The notes: generated from the letters alone by a model not told the origin. A DNA stretch of 64,000 nt from an uncultured Candidatus Entotheonella sp. (GCA_965217185.1 OZ244252.1:3936001-4000000), one strand, 5' to 3'. Numbered from the stretch's first letter, positions 49,641 through 61,710 are shown. Program-made: numbers and translations.

Positions 49641-51545
49641 ATGATGCTCGACAGCGCCTGGCTGGTGCCGCTTTGCCCATTGGCGGGCGCCGTGCTGAAT
49701 GGCTTCTTCGGCAGGCGGTATCGCCACGAAACCGTGGGCCAGATAGCCATCGCCGCCGTCGGGCTGTCCTTCCTCTTTTCCCTGGCAACCACCATCGCCT
49801 TGATTGCCCGACCGGAACCCCTGCACCACGTCACCTACTTCATCTGGATCGCCTCCGGGCCGTACAGCGCCTCGGTGGGCCTGCTGATCGACGGCCTCTC
49901 CTGCACCATGATGCTGGTGGTCAGCGGCGTCGGCCTGCTGGTGCACGTGTATTCCACCGCCTACATGCACGACGACGAGGACCAGGGGCGCTACTTCACC
50001 TACCTGAACCTGTTCGTCGGCGCCATGCTCATCCTGGTGATGGCGGACAATTACCTGCTGATGTTCGTCGGCTGGGAAGGCGTGGGGCTGTGCTCCTACC
50101 TGCTGATCGGCTTCTGGTACACGCGGCAGAGCGCCAGCGACGCCGGCAAGAAGGCCTTCGTGGTCAACAGGGTAGGGGACGTCGGCTTCATTCTGGCGGT
50201 CCTGCTGCTGTTCGTCACCTTCCACAGCGTCGATTTCCTCGACGTGCAGCACCAACTCGAAACCTTTCAGCCAAGCCGGCCCACGGCGGTGCTGACGGCC
50301 ATTGCGCTGCTGTTGTTCATGGGCGCCGTCGGCAAATCGGCGCAGTTGCCGCTGCACGTCTGGCTGCCGGACGCCATGGAGGGTCCGACGCCGGTCAGCG
50401 CGCTGATCCACGCGGCGACGATGGTCACCGCCGGGGTGTACATGATGGCGCGCTCGGCGCTGCTGTACGACATGGCGCCGATGGCCCTGGAAGTGGTAGC
50501 CGTGGTGGGCGTGCTCACGGCGTTGTTTGCGGCGTCCATGGCGCTGGTAGCCACGGACATCAAGCGGGTGCTGGCGTATTCGACGGTCAGCCAACTGGGG
50601 TTCATGGTCTTCGCGCTTGGCGTCGGCGCCTACGCGGCGGCGATTTTTCACTTGGTGACCCATGCCTTTTTCAAAGCGCTGCTGTTCCTGGGCGCCGGCA
50701 GCGTCATTCACGCCCTGGGCGGCGAGCAGGACATGCGGCGCATGGGCGGCCTGCGGCAGGCGTTGCCGACCACGCACTGGACCATGGCCACGGCCACCCT
50801 GGCGATTGCCGGCATTTTCCCCTTTGCCGGGTTCTGGAGTAAGGACGAGATTTTGGCCAGCGCCATGAAGGCCGACGGCGTGGGCTGGCTGGGATGGATT
50901 GCGGCGTCGGTGGCGGCGTTCATGACGGCGTTCTACATGTTCCGGCTGCTGTACATGACCTTCTACGGCGACTCGCGGGCCGAGCCGGACGTGGCGGCGC
51001 ACGTGCACGAGGCGCCCGGCGCCATGCGCGTGCCGCTGATGCTGCTGGCCCTGCTTTCCGCCCTGGGCGGCGTGGTGCTCGGCTTTCCGCCCGAGCACGG
51101 CATGCTGCACCGCTGGTTGGAGCCGGTATTCGAGGCGGCGGCGCACCCGCATGTCTTTTCTTTTGTGGATATTCTATTGATGGTGGTATCGCTGGCCGTC
51201 GCTGCGGCGGGCTGGCGTCTGGCGTATCGCTTCTACGTGCGCGAGCCGCAACTCCCGGAGCAGTGGCGGGCACGTTGGCAGGCGACGTATGACCTGCTGG
51301 TCAATACTTGGTACGTGGACGAACTCTACGCCCGCGTGTTCGTAAGGCCGATCTACCGGCTGTCGAACAACGGATTGTGGCGGGCCTTCGACATCGGCTT
51401 CATCGACCGCATCGTGAATGGCATTGGGCGCATCGTGCGCCTGGACGGCGAGTTTCTGAGCACCCTGCAAACCGGCTACGCCCGCACCTATGCCCTGACG
51501 CTGGTGGTGGGTGCCATCGTCGTGTTCTGGGGGCTCGCACAGTAG
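49641..51545 (+). CDS. nuoL: NADH-quinone oxidoreductase subunit L (copy 1)
   Basis: GWEGVGLCSYLLIGFW, GKSAQLPLHVWLPDAMEGPTPVSALIHAATMV, THAFFKA. Confidence 0.96.
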   Translation: MMLDSAWLVPLCPLAGAVLNGFFGRRYRHETVGQIAIAAVGLSFLFSLATTIALIARPEPLHHVTYFIWIASGPYSASVGLLIDGLSCTMMLVVSGVGLLVHVYSTAYMHDDEDQGRYFTYLNLFVGAMLILVMADNYLLMFVGWEGVGLCSYLLIGFWYTRQSASDAGKKAFVVNRVGDVGFILAVLLLFVTFHSVDFLDVQHQLETFQPSRPTAVLTAIALLLFMGAVGKSAQLPLHVWLPDAMEGPTPVSALIHAATMVTAGVYMMARSALLYDMAPMALEVVAVVGVLTALFAASMALVATDIKRVLAYSTVSQLGFMVFALGVGAYAAAIFHLVTHAFFKALLFLGAGSVIHALGGEQDMRRMGGLRQALPTTHWTMATATLAIAGIFPFAGFWSKDEILASAMKADGVGWLGWIAASVAAFMTAFYMFRLLYMTFYGDSRAEPDVAAHVHEAPGAMRVPLMLLALLSALGGVVLGFPPEHGMLHRWLEPVFEAAAHPHVFSFVDILLMVVSLAVAAAGWRLAYRFYVREPQLPEQWRARWQATYDLLVNTWYVDELYARVFVRPIYRLSNNGLWRAFDIGFIDRIVNGIGRIVRLDGEFLSTLQTGYARTYALTLVVGAIVVFWGLAQ

Positions 51546-51595
51546 GTCGGATTGTCGCTGTGCTATTCGGCATTTCACCCTATTAAGGTTTCTGT

Positions 51596-53128
51596 ATGAC
51601 TTGGCCGCTTCTCAGTACCGTCGTGTTCCTGCCCTTGCTGGGCGCCATCATGCTGCTGGCCCTGCCGCGGCGGTGCGAGGCGTTGATGCGGGGATGGACG
51701 CTGGGCGTCATGCTGGTGACGTTCGTCGTCTCGGTGGCGCTTTACGCGGCGTTCGACAGCAGCCTGCCGGGCATGCAGTTCAGCGAGCAGGCGGCCTGGA
51801 TCGACGGGCTGGGCATCACCTACCACGTCGGCATCGACGGCATCAGCCTGCCGCTGTTCGTGCTGACGACGCTGCTGTCGCCGATTGCGCTGCTGAGCGC
51901 CTGGCAGAGCATCGACACCAAGGTGAAGGAATTCGCGGTTCTCATGCTGGTCCTGGAAACCAGCATGCTGGGCGCCTTCGTGGCGCTCGACCTCTTCCTG
52001 TTCTTCATTTTCTGGGAAGCGATGCTGATCCCCATGTACCTGATGATCGGCATGTGGGGCGGCGAGAACCGCCTGTATGCCACATTGAAATTCATCCTTT
52101 ACACCATGGCCGGCAGCGCCCTGATGCTGGTGGCGATTCTGGCCCTGCACGTCCTGCATCTGCAGCAGGGCGGCGGGCGCTCTTTTGATCTGTTCGATTT
52201 CTTCGCCCTCGACCTGTCGCTGCAGCAGCAAAAGCTCCTCTTCATGGCCTTCTTCCTGAGCTTCGCCATCAAAATACCGCTGTTTCCCTTCCATACTTGG
52301 CTGCCCGACGCGCACACGGAGGCGCCGACGGCCGGCAGCGTCATCCTGGCCGGGGTGTTGCTGAAGATGGGCGGCTACGGCTTCATCCGCTTCTGCCTGC
52401 CGCTGTTTCCCGCCGCCGCAACCGCGTTTGCGCCGCTGATTTCGGTGCTGGCGGTCATCGGCATTCTGTACGGCGCCCTGGTCGCCATGGTGCAGCCGGA
52501 CATCAAGCGGCTGGTTGCCTATTCCAGCGTCAGCCACCTGGGTCTGGTAATGCTCGGCATCTTCGCCGGCAACCTGGCCGGCTTGCAGGGCGGCATCCTG
52601 CAAATGGTCAACCACGGCCTTACCACTGGCGCGCTGTTTCTGCTGGTCGGCATGATCTATGACCGCCGCCACACCCGGCTGATCGCCGATTACGGCGGCC
52701 TGTGGCGGCAGATGCCGGTCTTCGCGGTGTTCTTCCTGATAGTGATGTTCGCCTCCATCGGCCTGCCGGGGTTGAACGGCTTTGTGGGCGAGTTCCTCAT
52801 CCTGCTCGGCGCCTTCGAGTTCAACCCCGGCTTCGCTGTGGTGGCGGCCCTCGGCATGATCCTGAGCGCCGTATACATGCTGTGGATGTACCAGCGGGTC
52901 ATGTACGGCGAGGTGACGCACGCGGCGAACCGCAACCTGCGCGACCTGTCGGCGCGGGAGATCACGCTGCTGGCGCCGCTGGTGCTGCTGATGTTCTGGA
53001 TCGGCATTTATCCGAGCACGTTCCTGCGCCCGACCGACGCCGCCTCCGCCCACTTGCTGGAGCAGGTGCGCAGCCGCGCCGTGCTGGCCGCGCCGGTATC
53101 CGCCCATGCAGGAGGACAGACCCCATGA
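51596..53128 (+). CDS. nuoM: NADH-quinone oxidoreductase subunit M (copy 1)
   Basis: GIDGIS, FWEAMLIP, FHTWLPDAHTEAP, LLKMGGYG, AYSSVSH, GLPGLNGFVGEF. Confidence 0.96.
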   Translation: MTWPLLSTVVFLPLLGAIMLLALPRRCEALMRGWTLGVMLVTFVVSVALYAAFDSSLPGMQFSEQAAWIDGLGITYHVGIDGISLPLFVLTTLLSPIALLSAWQSIDTKVKEFAVLMLVLETSMLGAFVALDLFLFFIFWEAMLIPMYLMIGMWGGENRLYATLKFILYTMAGSALMLVAILALHVLHLQQGGGRSFDLFDFFALDLSLQQQKLLFMAFFLSFAIKIPLFPFHTWLPDAHTEAPTAGSVILAGVLLKMGGYGFIRFCLPLFPAAATAFAPLISVLAVIGILYGALVAMVQPDIKRLVAYSSVSHLGLVMLGIFAGNLAGLQGGILQMVNHGLTTGALFLLVGMIYDRRHTRLIADYGGLWRQMPVFAVFFLIVMFASIGLPGLNGFVGEFLILLGAFEFNPGFAVVAALGMILSAVYMLWMYQRVMYGEVTHAANRNLRDLSAREITLLAPLVLLMFWIGIYPSTFLRPTDAASAHLLEQVRSRAVLAAPVSAHAGGQTP

Positions 53129-53475
53129 ACATGCTGCCGTTGCTCATCACTTTCCTTCTGGCCGGCTTGGTGTGCGTGGTGATGCTCTCCCTGTCGCGCT
53201 TGTTCGGGCCGCGGCGCCCGACGCCGGTGAAGTCGGAGCCGTTCGAGTGCGGCATGGAGCAGATGGAGCAGCCGCGTCGGCAGTTCTCCGTCAAGTTTTC
53301 GGTCGTCGCTATGCTGTTCATCGTGTTCGACATCGAGGTGGCCTTTCTGTACCCGTGGGCCGTGATGTTCCGGCGGCTCGATGTGGCTGGGTTCGTCGCC
53401 GTGCTGGTGTTCCTGGGGCTGCTGACAGTGGCCTTCGTGTACGCCTGGCGGCGCGGCGCGCTGGAGTGGAGCTGA
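53125..53475 (+). CDS. nuoA: NADH-quinone oxidoreductase subunit A
   Basis: PFECG, FIVFDIEVAFLYPWA, YAWRRGALEW; ATGA overlap with nuoM. Confidence 0.95.
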   Translation: MNMLPLLITFLLAGLVCVVMLSLSRLFGPRRPTPVKSEPFECGMEQMEQPRRQFSVKFSVVAMLFIVFDIEVAFLYPWAVMFRRLDVAGFVAVLVFLGLLTVAFVYAWRRGALEWS

Positions 53476-55199
53476 TGCCGGGGGAAGATATGGTGGTTGA
53501 AGAATCCGTGACCAGCGCCAAGCTGAAGCAGGCGTTTGCCGACGCGGTGCTGGGGCAGCACGCCGAGCACGGCGACGATACGCTGACGGTGCGCCGCGAG
53601 GCGTGGCGGGACGCGGCGCGCTTCCTGCGCGACGAGCCGGATTTGCGTTACAACGTGCTGATGGACCTGACGGCGGTGGATTACCTCACCCTGGGGGATG
53701 GCGGCAGGGCGGCGCGCTACGAAGTGGTGGCGCATCTGTACTCGCTGTCGCACAACCAGCGGGTGCGGCTGAAGACCGCGGTGCCGGACGACGATCCGCG
53801 CATCGACTCCCTCATGCCGGTGTGGGAGGGGGCCAACTGGTTCGAGCGCGAGGTCTACGACATGTTCGGCATCACCTTTGACGACCACCCGGACCTGCGC
53901 CGCATCCTGCTGTACAACGGCTTCGAGGGCCACCCGCTGCGTAAGGATTACCCGCAGGACAAGGAACAGCCGCTGGACCACAACGCCCAGGACCCGACGT
54001 TCTACATGAACAAGCGCGACGACGCCGGGTCTGAAACGCGCCACATGTTCGTGCACATGGGCCCGAGCCATCCGGCCATGCACGGCGTCATTCACATGAC
54101 GCTCGAACTGGACGGCGAGACGATTGTCGACGGCGACACCGAGATCGGCTACCTGCACCGCGCCTTCGAGAAGGAGGCGGAGAGCCATACCTACACGCAG
54201 GTGATCCCGTACACCGACCGGCTGAACTACGTGTCGCCGCTGATTAACAACGTCGGCTTCGTGCTGGCGGTGGAGAAGCTCTTCGACGTCGAGACGCCGG
54301 AGCGCTGCCAGTATATCCGGGTACTGGTCAGCGAGTTGTCGCGTATCACCGACCACCTCACCTGCATCGCCGCCAACGCCATGGAGCTCGGCGCTTTCAC
54401 GGTCTACTTCTACTTTATCAAGGCGCGGGAGGAAATCTGGAAGCTGGTCGAGGCCATCTGCGGCGCCCGCCTCACCACCACCTACACCCGCGTGGGCGGC
54501 GTCATGGCTGACCTGCCGGTGGACTTTGCGGACCGCCTGGCACAGGTTCTGGTGCTGTTGCACGAGCAGATGCACGACGTGGAGCGTCTGTTACAGAAAA
54601 ACCGCATCTTCCACGACCGCATGCGCGGCACCGGCATCATCGCGCCGCACGACGCCCTGGCACTGAGCTTCACCGGCCCGGTGCTGCGCTCGACCGGGGT
54701 CGATTTCGACGTGCGCAAGACGACGCCGTATCTGGTCTACGACCGCCTGGATTTCGACGTGCCGCTCGGCGAGACAGGCGACAACTACGATCGCTACTTG
54801 GTGCGCATGGAGGAGATCCGGCAGAGCGTTCGCCTCGTCGAGCAGTGCATGGCGCAGATGCCCGACGGGCCGGTGCAACTCGACGACGCGCGCATGACGA
54901 TGCCGCCGAAGGCCGAGGTTTACGGTACCATCGAGGGATTGATGAACCACTTCAAGCTGATCATCGAGGGCATCAAGCCGCCCGCCGGCGAGGCGTACGT
55001 GCCGGTGGAGGGCGCCAACGGCGAGCTGGGCTTTTATCTGGTCAGCGACGGCACCGGCCGTCCGTACCGCTGCCGGGTGCGGCCGCCGTGCTTCGCCCTC
55101 ATGCAGGGTCTGCAAAAGATGCTCAAAGGCGGCATGGTCGCCGACGTGGTGGCGACGTTCGGCACCATCAACATGATCGCCGGCGAGAACGACCGGTGA
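53475..55199 (+). CDS. nuoCD: Fused NADH-quinone oxidoreductase subunit C/D
   Basis: NuoC part DLTAVDY, WFEREVYDMFGI.F..HPDLRRIL, GHPLRKDYP; NuoD part GPSHPAMHG, GYLHR, RLNY, GENDR; alternative start 53490. Confidence 0.94.
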   Translation: MPGEDMVVEESVTSAKLKQAFADAVLGQHAEHGDDTLTVRREAWRDAARFLRDEPDLRYNVLMDLTAVDYLTLGDGGRAARYEVVAHLYSLSHNQRVRLKTAVPDDDPRIDSLMPVWEGANWFEREVYDMFGITFDDHPDLRRILLYNGFEGHPLRKDYPQDKEQPLDHNAQDPTFYMNKRDDAGSETRHMFVHMGPSHPAMHGVIHMTLELDGETIVDGDTEIGYLHRAFEKEAESHTYTQVIPYTDRLNYVSPLINNVGFVLAVEKLFDVETPERCQYIRVLVSELSRITDHLTCIAANAMELGAFTVYFYFIKAREEIWKLVEAICGARLTTTYTRVGGVMADLPVDFADRLAQVLVLLHEQMHDVERLLQKNRIFHDRMRGTGIIAPHDALALSFTGPVLRSTGVDFDVRKTTPYLVYDRLDFDVPLGETGDNYDRYLVRMEEIRQSVRLVEQCMAQMPDGPVQLDDARMTMPPKAEVYGTIEGLMNHFKLIIEGIKPPAGEAYVPVEGANGELGFYLVSDGTGRPYRCRVRPPCFALMQGLQKMLKGGMVADVVATFGTINMIAGENDR

Positions 55200-55307
55200 G
55201 GAGAGCAGTGACTGGTGATTAGTGGTTCAGCAGGGGCGGATGTCTTCGTTGTTCTGGGCACTCGTCACTGACTACTAGCCACTGCATTTAGGGAGGACGA
55301 CCGCGCC

Positions 55308-55786
55308 ATGGCCATGCAACTCTCCGAGGCCGCCCAGACTCGCATCACGCAGTTGATCGAACGCTATCCGACGCCGCGCGCCGTGATGCTGCCGGCGCTG
55401 CACTTGGCGACGCAGGAGTTTCCGTATCTCGACGACGAGGTGTGCCAGGCGGTGGCCGACCTGCTGCAGGTGCCGATGGTGGACGTGAAGGGCGTGGCGA
55501 CGTTCTACACCATGTTTCCGACCGAGCCGCAGGGCACCTGCGAGGTGCATATCTGTTTCAACCTGTCGTGCTCGCTGAAGGGCGCCCGGCGCCTCTTGCG
55601 GCGCGCCGAGCAGCAGCTTGGCATCGAGGTGGGGCAGACGACGCCGGACGGACGGTTCACCCTGCGCGGCGTCGAGTGCATGGCGGCGTGCGACAAGGCA
55701 CCGATGCTGTACGTGAACGACGAGTTGTACGGCAACGTGACTGAGGAAAAGCTGGACGAACTGCTGCAACAGAAAAGCAGTGGGGA

Positions 55787-55790
<4 letters not shown>
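55308..55790 (+). CDS. nuoE: NADH-quinone oxidoreductase subunit E
   Basis: VATFYTMF, CFNLSC and ECMAAC 2Fe-2S ligands. Confidence 0.95.
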
Positions 55791-57070
<1,280 letters not shown>

Positions 57071-57088
57071 GGCAGCGGAGACGAAACG

Positions 57089-58174
57089 GTGATGGTTGAC
57101 GTTCTGATCATCTTGCTCAAGGTCCTCGTGGTGCTGCTGGCGCTGCTCCACCTGGGGGCGCTGCTGACCTGGGCGGAGCGCAAGCAGAGCGCCGCCATCC
57201 AGGACCGCATCGGCCCCAACCGGGCGCGCATCGCCGGGCGGGCGGCCATGGGCCTGTTCCACGTCATTGCCGACGGCATCAAGATGGTGACCAAGGAAGA
57301 CTTCGTGCCCGCCGGAGCGCACCGCACGCTGCACACCCTGGCGCCGGCGGCGGCGCTGTTTCCCGCTCTGGTGGTGTTCGCGGTCATTCCGTTCGGCGAC
57401 GTGCTGCGCATCGGCGAGCGCGTCATCCCCTTGCAGATCGCCGACCTGAACGTCGGCATCGTCTACATCTTCGCCATTTCCTCCATGGCGGTGTACGGCA
57501 CCATGCTGGCGGGTTGGGCGTCGAACAACAACTACGCGCTGCTCGGCGGCCTGCGCGCCTCGTCGCAGATGATCTCGTACGAGATCACCATGGGGCTGTC
57601 GATCATCGGCGTGCTGATGATCTACGAAACGGCGCAGTTGAACGTTATCGTGCAGAAGCAGGGCGAACTGCTGTGGGGCTTCCTGCCCAAGTGGGGCATC
57701 GTGGTGCAGCCGGCGGCCTTCTTTCTCTTCCTGGCCGCGGCGATGGCCGAAAACAAGCGGGTGCCGTTCGACCTGCCGGAAGGCGAGTCGGAAATCATCG
57801 GCTACTTCGTCGAATACAGCAGCATGAAGTTCGCCATGTTCTTCTTGGCGGAGTTCGTCGAGATCGTCATCGTTTCCGGTCTCGTGGTTACGCTGTTCTT
57901 CGGCGGCTGGCAGGTCCCCTACCTGTTCGCCGACGGCTTTCACTGGCCGTTCGGCTGGGGCGTCTGGCAACTGCCGCACCTGCTGGTGGTGCCGCTGCAG
58001 GTGGCGTCGTTCGGCTTCAAGGTGCTGATCGGCTGCTGGATACTGCTGACGGTGCGCTGGACGCTGCCGCGTTTTCGCTATGACCAGGTGATGCATCTGG
58101 GCTGGAAGATTCTGCTTGAGCTGGCCTTTGTCAACCTGCTGATTACCGCCGTAGTGGTGTTGCTGATTACCTGA
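57089..58174 (+). CDS. nuoH: NADH-quinone oxidoreductase subunit H
   Basis: ERK..A.IQDR.GPNR, ADGIKM..KED, QMISYE, PFDLPEGESE, PRFRYDQ. Confidence 0.96.
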   Translation: MMVDVLIILLKVLVVLLALLHLGALLTWAERKQSAAIQDRIGPNRARIAGRAAMGLFHVIADGIKMVTKEDFVPAGAHRTLHTLAPAAALFPALVVFAVIPFGDVLRIGERVIPLQIADLNVGIVYIFAISSMAVYGTMLAGWASNNNYALLGGLRASSQMISYEITMGLSIIGVLMIYETAQLNVIVQKQGELLWGFLPKWGIVVQPAAFFLFLAAAMAENKRVPFDLPEGESEIIGYFVEYSSMKFAMFFLAEFVEIVIVSGLVVTLFFGGWQVPYLFADGFHWPFGWGVWQLPHLLVVPLQVASFGFKVLIGCWILLTVRWTLPRFRYDQVMHLGWKILLELAFVNLLITAVVVLLIT

Positions 58175-58195
58175 TACGGACAAGTCTGGAAGCCA

Positions 58196-58687
58196 ATGGA
58201 AGTCTTTTTATTCTGGATATTTGCGGTTGTCGGGATGGGCTGCGGGTTCCTCGTGGTGTGGCACCGCAACCCGATGAACAGCGCCATCTATCTGGTCATC
58301 ACCATGCTGTGCCTGGCCGGCCTGTACGTGCTGCTGATGAGCGGCTTCGTGGCTACGGTGCAAATTCTCATCTACGCCGGCGCCGTCATGGTGCTGATGC
58401 TGTTCGTCATCATGATGCTCAACCTGCGCGCCGACACCCTGCAGCGTGAGGGCAGCACGCGGGCTTGGCTGCTGGCCGGCGTCATCGGTGTGGTGCTGGT
58501 CTTTCGCATCGCCCAGCTGTTTTCCATTGGCGACCCAAACCCGCCGGTAGCCGAGGATTTCGGTACTATCGAGGCGGTCGGTGCCAGCATGTTCAGCACC
58601 TATCTGTTGCCATTCGAACTCGCCGCGGTGTTGCTGCTGATCGCGGTGATTGGCGCCGTCATCCTGGCCAAACGCACGACGCCGTAG
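58196..58687 (+). CDS. nuoJ: NADH-quinone oxidoreductase subunit J (copy 1)
   Basis: NPMNSA, QILIYAGAVMVL, YLLPFE. Confidence 0.94.
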   Translation: MEVFLFWIFAVVGMGCGFLVVWHRNPMNSAIYLVITMLCLAGLYVLLMSGFVATVQILIYAGAVMVLMLFVIMMLNLRADTLQREGSTRAWLLAGVIGVVLVFRIAQLFSIGDPNPPVAEDFGTIEAVGASMFSTYLLPFELAAVLLLIAVIGAVILAKRTTP

Positions 58688-58708
58688 CGGCTTTGGAGTT
58701 CCAAACCG

Positions 58709-59011
58709 ATGATTCCCGTGCCGTACTATCTCGTGATCAGCGCCGTCCTGTTCATCACCGGGGCCATCGGTGTACTGATGCGCCGCAACGCCCTGATCAT
58801 GCTGATGTCGCTCGAGCTCATGCTCAACGCCGTCAATCTGAGCTTTGTGGCCTACGCGCGCATGCTCAACGACACAGGCGGACACGTCATCGTCTTTCTG
58901 AACATCGCCGTTGCCGCCGCCGAGGCGGTGGTGGGCCTGGCGATTCTGCTGGCCATTTTCCGCGACCGGGAAACGGTCAACATCGACCACTTGAATCTGA
59001 TGCGGCACTGA
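58709..59011 (+). CDS. nuoK: NADH-quinone oxidoreductase subunit K (copy 1)
   Basis: RRN, ELMLNAVN, AAAEAVVGLA. Confidence 0.95.
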   Translation: MIPVPYYLVISAVLFITGAIGVLMRRNALIMLMSLELMLNAVNLSFVAYARMLNDTGGHVIVFLNIAVAAAEAVVGLAILLAIFRDRETVNIDHLNLMRH

Positions 59012-59051
59012 GGCCGCTGGCCAAGGTATTTCCGTATCGGGCTGCACGACG

Positions 59052-59090
59052 CCCCCTCTCCCCTGGCGGGAGAGGGTTGGGGTGAGGGGG
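59052..59090. repeat. REP-like palindromic element, same family as 3918-3955
   Basis: CCCCCTCTCCC-CTGGC-GGGAGAGGGTTGGGGTGAGGGGG. Confidence 0.8.
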
Positions 59091-59143
59091 AAGCCCCCGG
59101 GTTTGCACGCCTGCTTGATCCGAACGTGAATTAGGGAAGGGAC

Positions 59144-60625
59144 ATGGAAGCACTGGCATTGCTGGAGAGCACGGCGGCGTTGCTGCCGCACGTCACGGTC
59201 CTGGTCACGGGCCTGGTCGTGCTGGTGCTCGACCTGTTCCCGCTGCCGCGCGACCTGGGCCAGGCTGGCAGCCGCTGGGTCACCGAGGCGGTCAGCCTGG
59301 TCGGCTTGGCGCTGGCGTTCGCGTGCGCCCTGTGCCAGGCCGGCGGCGAGCCGCGCACCGTGTTCATGGGCATGGCGGCGGTGGACGGCCTGGGAACGTT
59401 CTTCAACGCCGCGTTCGTGCTGATTGCGGCGCTCACCGTGCTGCTGTCGGCCCATTACGTGCGGCGCGAGGACATCCGCCCCGGCGAGTACTACGCGCTG
59501 ATTCTGTTCGCCACCCTGGGCTTCATGTTCGTGGGCAGTTCGTCCGACCTGGTGATGATGTTCCTGGCCATCGAAACCTTCTCCATGGCGACGTACATCC
59601 TGGCGGGCCTGCTGCGCGACACGCCGCGCTCCCTGGAATCGGCCTTCAAGTATTTCATGCTCGGGTCGTTTTCCTCGGCCTTTTTCCTCTACGGCATCGC
59701 TACGCTCTACGGCGCTTTGGGCACCACGAACCTGTTGGCTCTGTCGCAGGCTATGAGCGTGGAAGGCACGTCGCCGCTGCTGCTGATGGGCATGGGGCTG
59801 CTGATTGTCGGCCTGGGCTTCAAGGTGGCGGTGGTGCCGTTTCACATGTGGGCGCCGGACGTGTACGAGGGCGCCCCGACGGCGGTGACGGCGTTCATGA
59901 CCGCCGGACCCAAGGCGGCCGCCTTCGCCGCTCTGTTGCGGGTGTTTACGCAGGGTTTCGGCGCCCCCGCGTTCAGTGAGGAATGGGTGCCAATCTTCGC
60001 CGTGCTGGCGGCGCTGACGATGCTCCTGGGCAATATCGTGGCCATCGTGCAGCAGAGCGTCAAACGCATGCTGGCCTACTCCAGCATTGCGCACGCCGGT
60101 TACGCTTTCGTTGCCTTGGTGGCGCACAACGCCGCCGGGGCCGGCAGCATCCTTTACTACCTGGTCGCCTACGCGTTCATGTCGCTGGGCGCCTTCACCG
60201 TGCTGATGATCGTCGCCCGTCGCGACGACCAGCGGCACGCCTTCGACGATTACGCCGGCCTGGGCGCGACGAACCCCGCGCTGGCGGCCATCATGTCGCT
60301 GTTCATGTTCGCCCTGGCCGGCTTTCCGCCCACCGCCGGGTTTGCGGGCAAGTTCTACGTGTTCAGCGCCGCGGCGCAGTCCGGCTACTACGTCCTGGCC
60401 CTGATCGGCGTGCTCACCAGCGTCATTTCGGTGGTGTACTACGCGCGGGTCGTCATTCTGATGTACATGCACGAGCCCGACGCCGACGCGCCGCGCATTC
60501 GTCTGGAGCCGACCTCAATGGCGGCGTTGGGCGTCACCGTTTTCGGGGTGCTTTATCTGGGGATTTTTCCGGGCGGCGTGATGCATTTGGCGGCGCGTTC
60601 GGTGGCCTTTCTGTTTCCCGGCTAG
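59144..60625 (+). CDS. nuoN: NADH-quinone oxidoreductase subunit N
   Basis: ESAFKYF, FKVAVVPFHMWAPDVYEGAPT, KRMLAYSSIAH, GFPPTAGF.GK. Confidence 0.96.
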   Translation: MEALALLESTAALLPHVTVLVTGLVVLVLDLFPLPRDLGQAGSRWVTEAVSLVGLALAFACALCQAGGEPRTVFMGMAAVDGLGTFFNAAFVLIAALTVLLSAHYVRREDIRPGEYYALILFATLGFMFVGSSSDLVMMFLAIETFSMATYILAGLLRDTPRSLESAFKYFMLGSFSSAFFLYGIATLYGALGTTNLLALSQAMSVEGTSPLLLMGMGLLIVGLGFKVAVVPFHMWAPDVYEGAPTAVTAFMTAGPKAAAFAALLRVFTQGFGAPAFSEEWVPIFAVLAALTMLLGNIVAIVQQSVKRMLAYSSIAHAGYAFVALVAHNAAGAGSILYYLVAYAFMSLGAFTVLMIVARRDDQRHAFDDYAGLGATNPALAAIMSLFMFALAGFPPTAGFAGKFYVFSAAAQSGYYVLALIGVLTSVISVVYYARVVILMYMHEPDADAPRIRLEPTSMAALGVTVFGVLYLGIFPGGVMHLAARSVAFLFPG

Positions 60626-60721
60626 AAGGTGTAAATGACGCCCCTGCAATCGGTTGATAGCCCGCGGTGGCTGTGCTATGGTTCCCGGAAATCCTATTTG
60701 AAGGTGGTCTGAGGGAGTCGT

Positions 60722-61294
60722 ATGGTTTTTTTCTTCCTTCTCTTTACCATCGTCGGGCTGGCCTCGGCGGTGATGGTGGTGACACGGAAAAACGTCATGC
60801 ACGCGGCGCTGTTTTTGCTGCTGACGTTTGCCTGCGTCGGCGCCACTTACGTCATGCTGCGGGCCGAGGTGCTGGCGGCGGTTCAGGTGCTGGTCTACGC
60901 CGGCGCCGTCATGGTGCTGTTCCTCTTCGCCATCCTGTTGGTGAACATGCCGGAGGCGGTGCGGCTACGGCAATGGACGCGCCAGAGCACCGTGGCGGTG
61001 GTATTGGCGGGTTTGACGGGCCTGTGGCTGATCATCGCCACGGTTCGCGCCTTCACTGGCTTTGCGGTGCCTCCCGAAGCCGCCACGCAACCCCTTGGCA
61101 CGCCGCGCGCCATCGGCGAGGCGTTGTTTTCCGATTACGTCCTGCCTTTTGAAATTGCTTCGCTCATCCTGCTTGCCGCCATGGTCGGTGCGATTGTCCT
61201 GGCGCGCGAGACGGCTCGGGAGGAAGAGCGCCCCGACGAGGCGCTGACCGAGCCGCCGCAGCCGGACACGCAGGAAGACCAGCAACCCGTCTAG
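60722..61294 (+). CDS. nuoJ: NADH-quinone oxidoreductase subunit J (copy 2)
   Basis: QVLVYAGAVMVL, YVLPFEIAS. Confidence 0.93.
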   Translation: MVFFFLLFTIVGLASAVMVVTRKNVMHAALFLLLTFACVGATYVMLRAEVLAAVQVLVYAGAVMVLFLFAILLVNMPEAVRLRQWTRQSTVAVVLAGLTGLWLIIATVRAFTGFAVPPEAATQPLGTPRAIGEALFSDYVLPFEIASLILLAAMVGAIVLARETAREEERPDEALTEPPQPDTQEDQQPV

Positions 61295-61318
61295 CCCGTC
61301 ACGAAGTGGAGAAAGCCG

Positions 61319-61621
61319 TTGGTGCCGTTGTCATGGTATTTGGTGTTTGGTGCGTTGCTTTTCATGATTGGGGTCGTCGGGGTGCTGACGCGCCGCAACG
61401 TGATTATCGTGCTCATGTCCATTGAATTGATGCTCAACGCCGTGAACGTCACGCTGATCAGCTTCTCGCATTACCTGCAGGATTTACGCGGTCAGATCTT
61501 CACCCTCTTCATCATCGCGGTTGCCGCCTCCGAGGCCGCCATTGGCCTGGCGCTGGTGATCTCGATGTACCGCGGTAAATCCACCTTTAACCTGGACGAG
61601 GTCAACGTGTTGAAGTGGTAA
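61319..61621 (+). CDS. nuoK: NADH-quinone oxidoreductase subunit K (copy 2)
   Basis: TRRN, IELMLNAVN, AASEAAIGLA. Confidence 0.95.
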   Translation: MVPLSWYLVFGALLFMIGVVGVLTRRNVIIVLMSIELMLNAVNVTLISFSHYLQDLRGQIFTLFIIAVAASEAAIGLALVISMYRGKSTFNLDEVNVLKW

Positions 61622-61710
61622 GGGGTTGCCGTTACGGCAGGCCGTTGCAGGGCTTGTGCCGTGCGCCGCCGTTGGGCAAGCCCTTGATCACATAAGGAAT
61701 TGTTTGTCCT

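Noticed and set aside
53475..55199. NuoCD as a group 4 [NiFe]-hydrogenase large subunit, to explain the odd operon
   Set aside because: No N- or C-terminal CxxC nickel motifs; it has the HPxxHG/RxxY quinone-site motifs and the GExDR end typical of NuoD.
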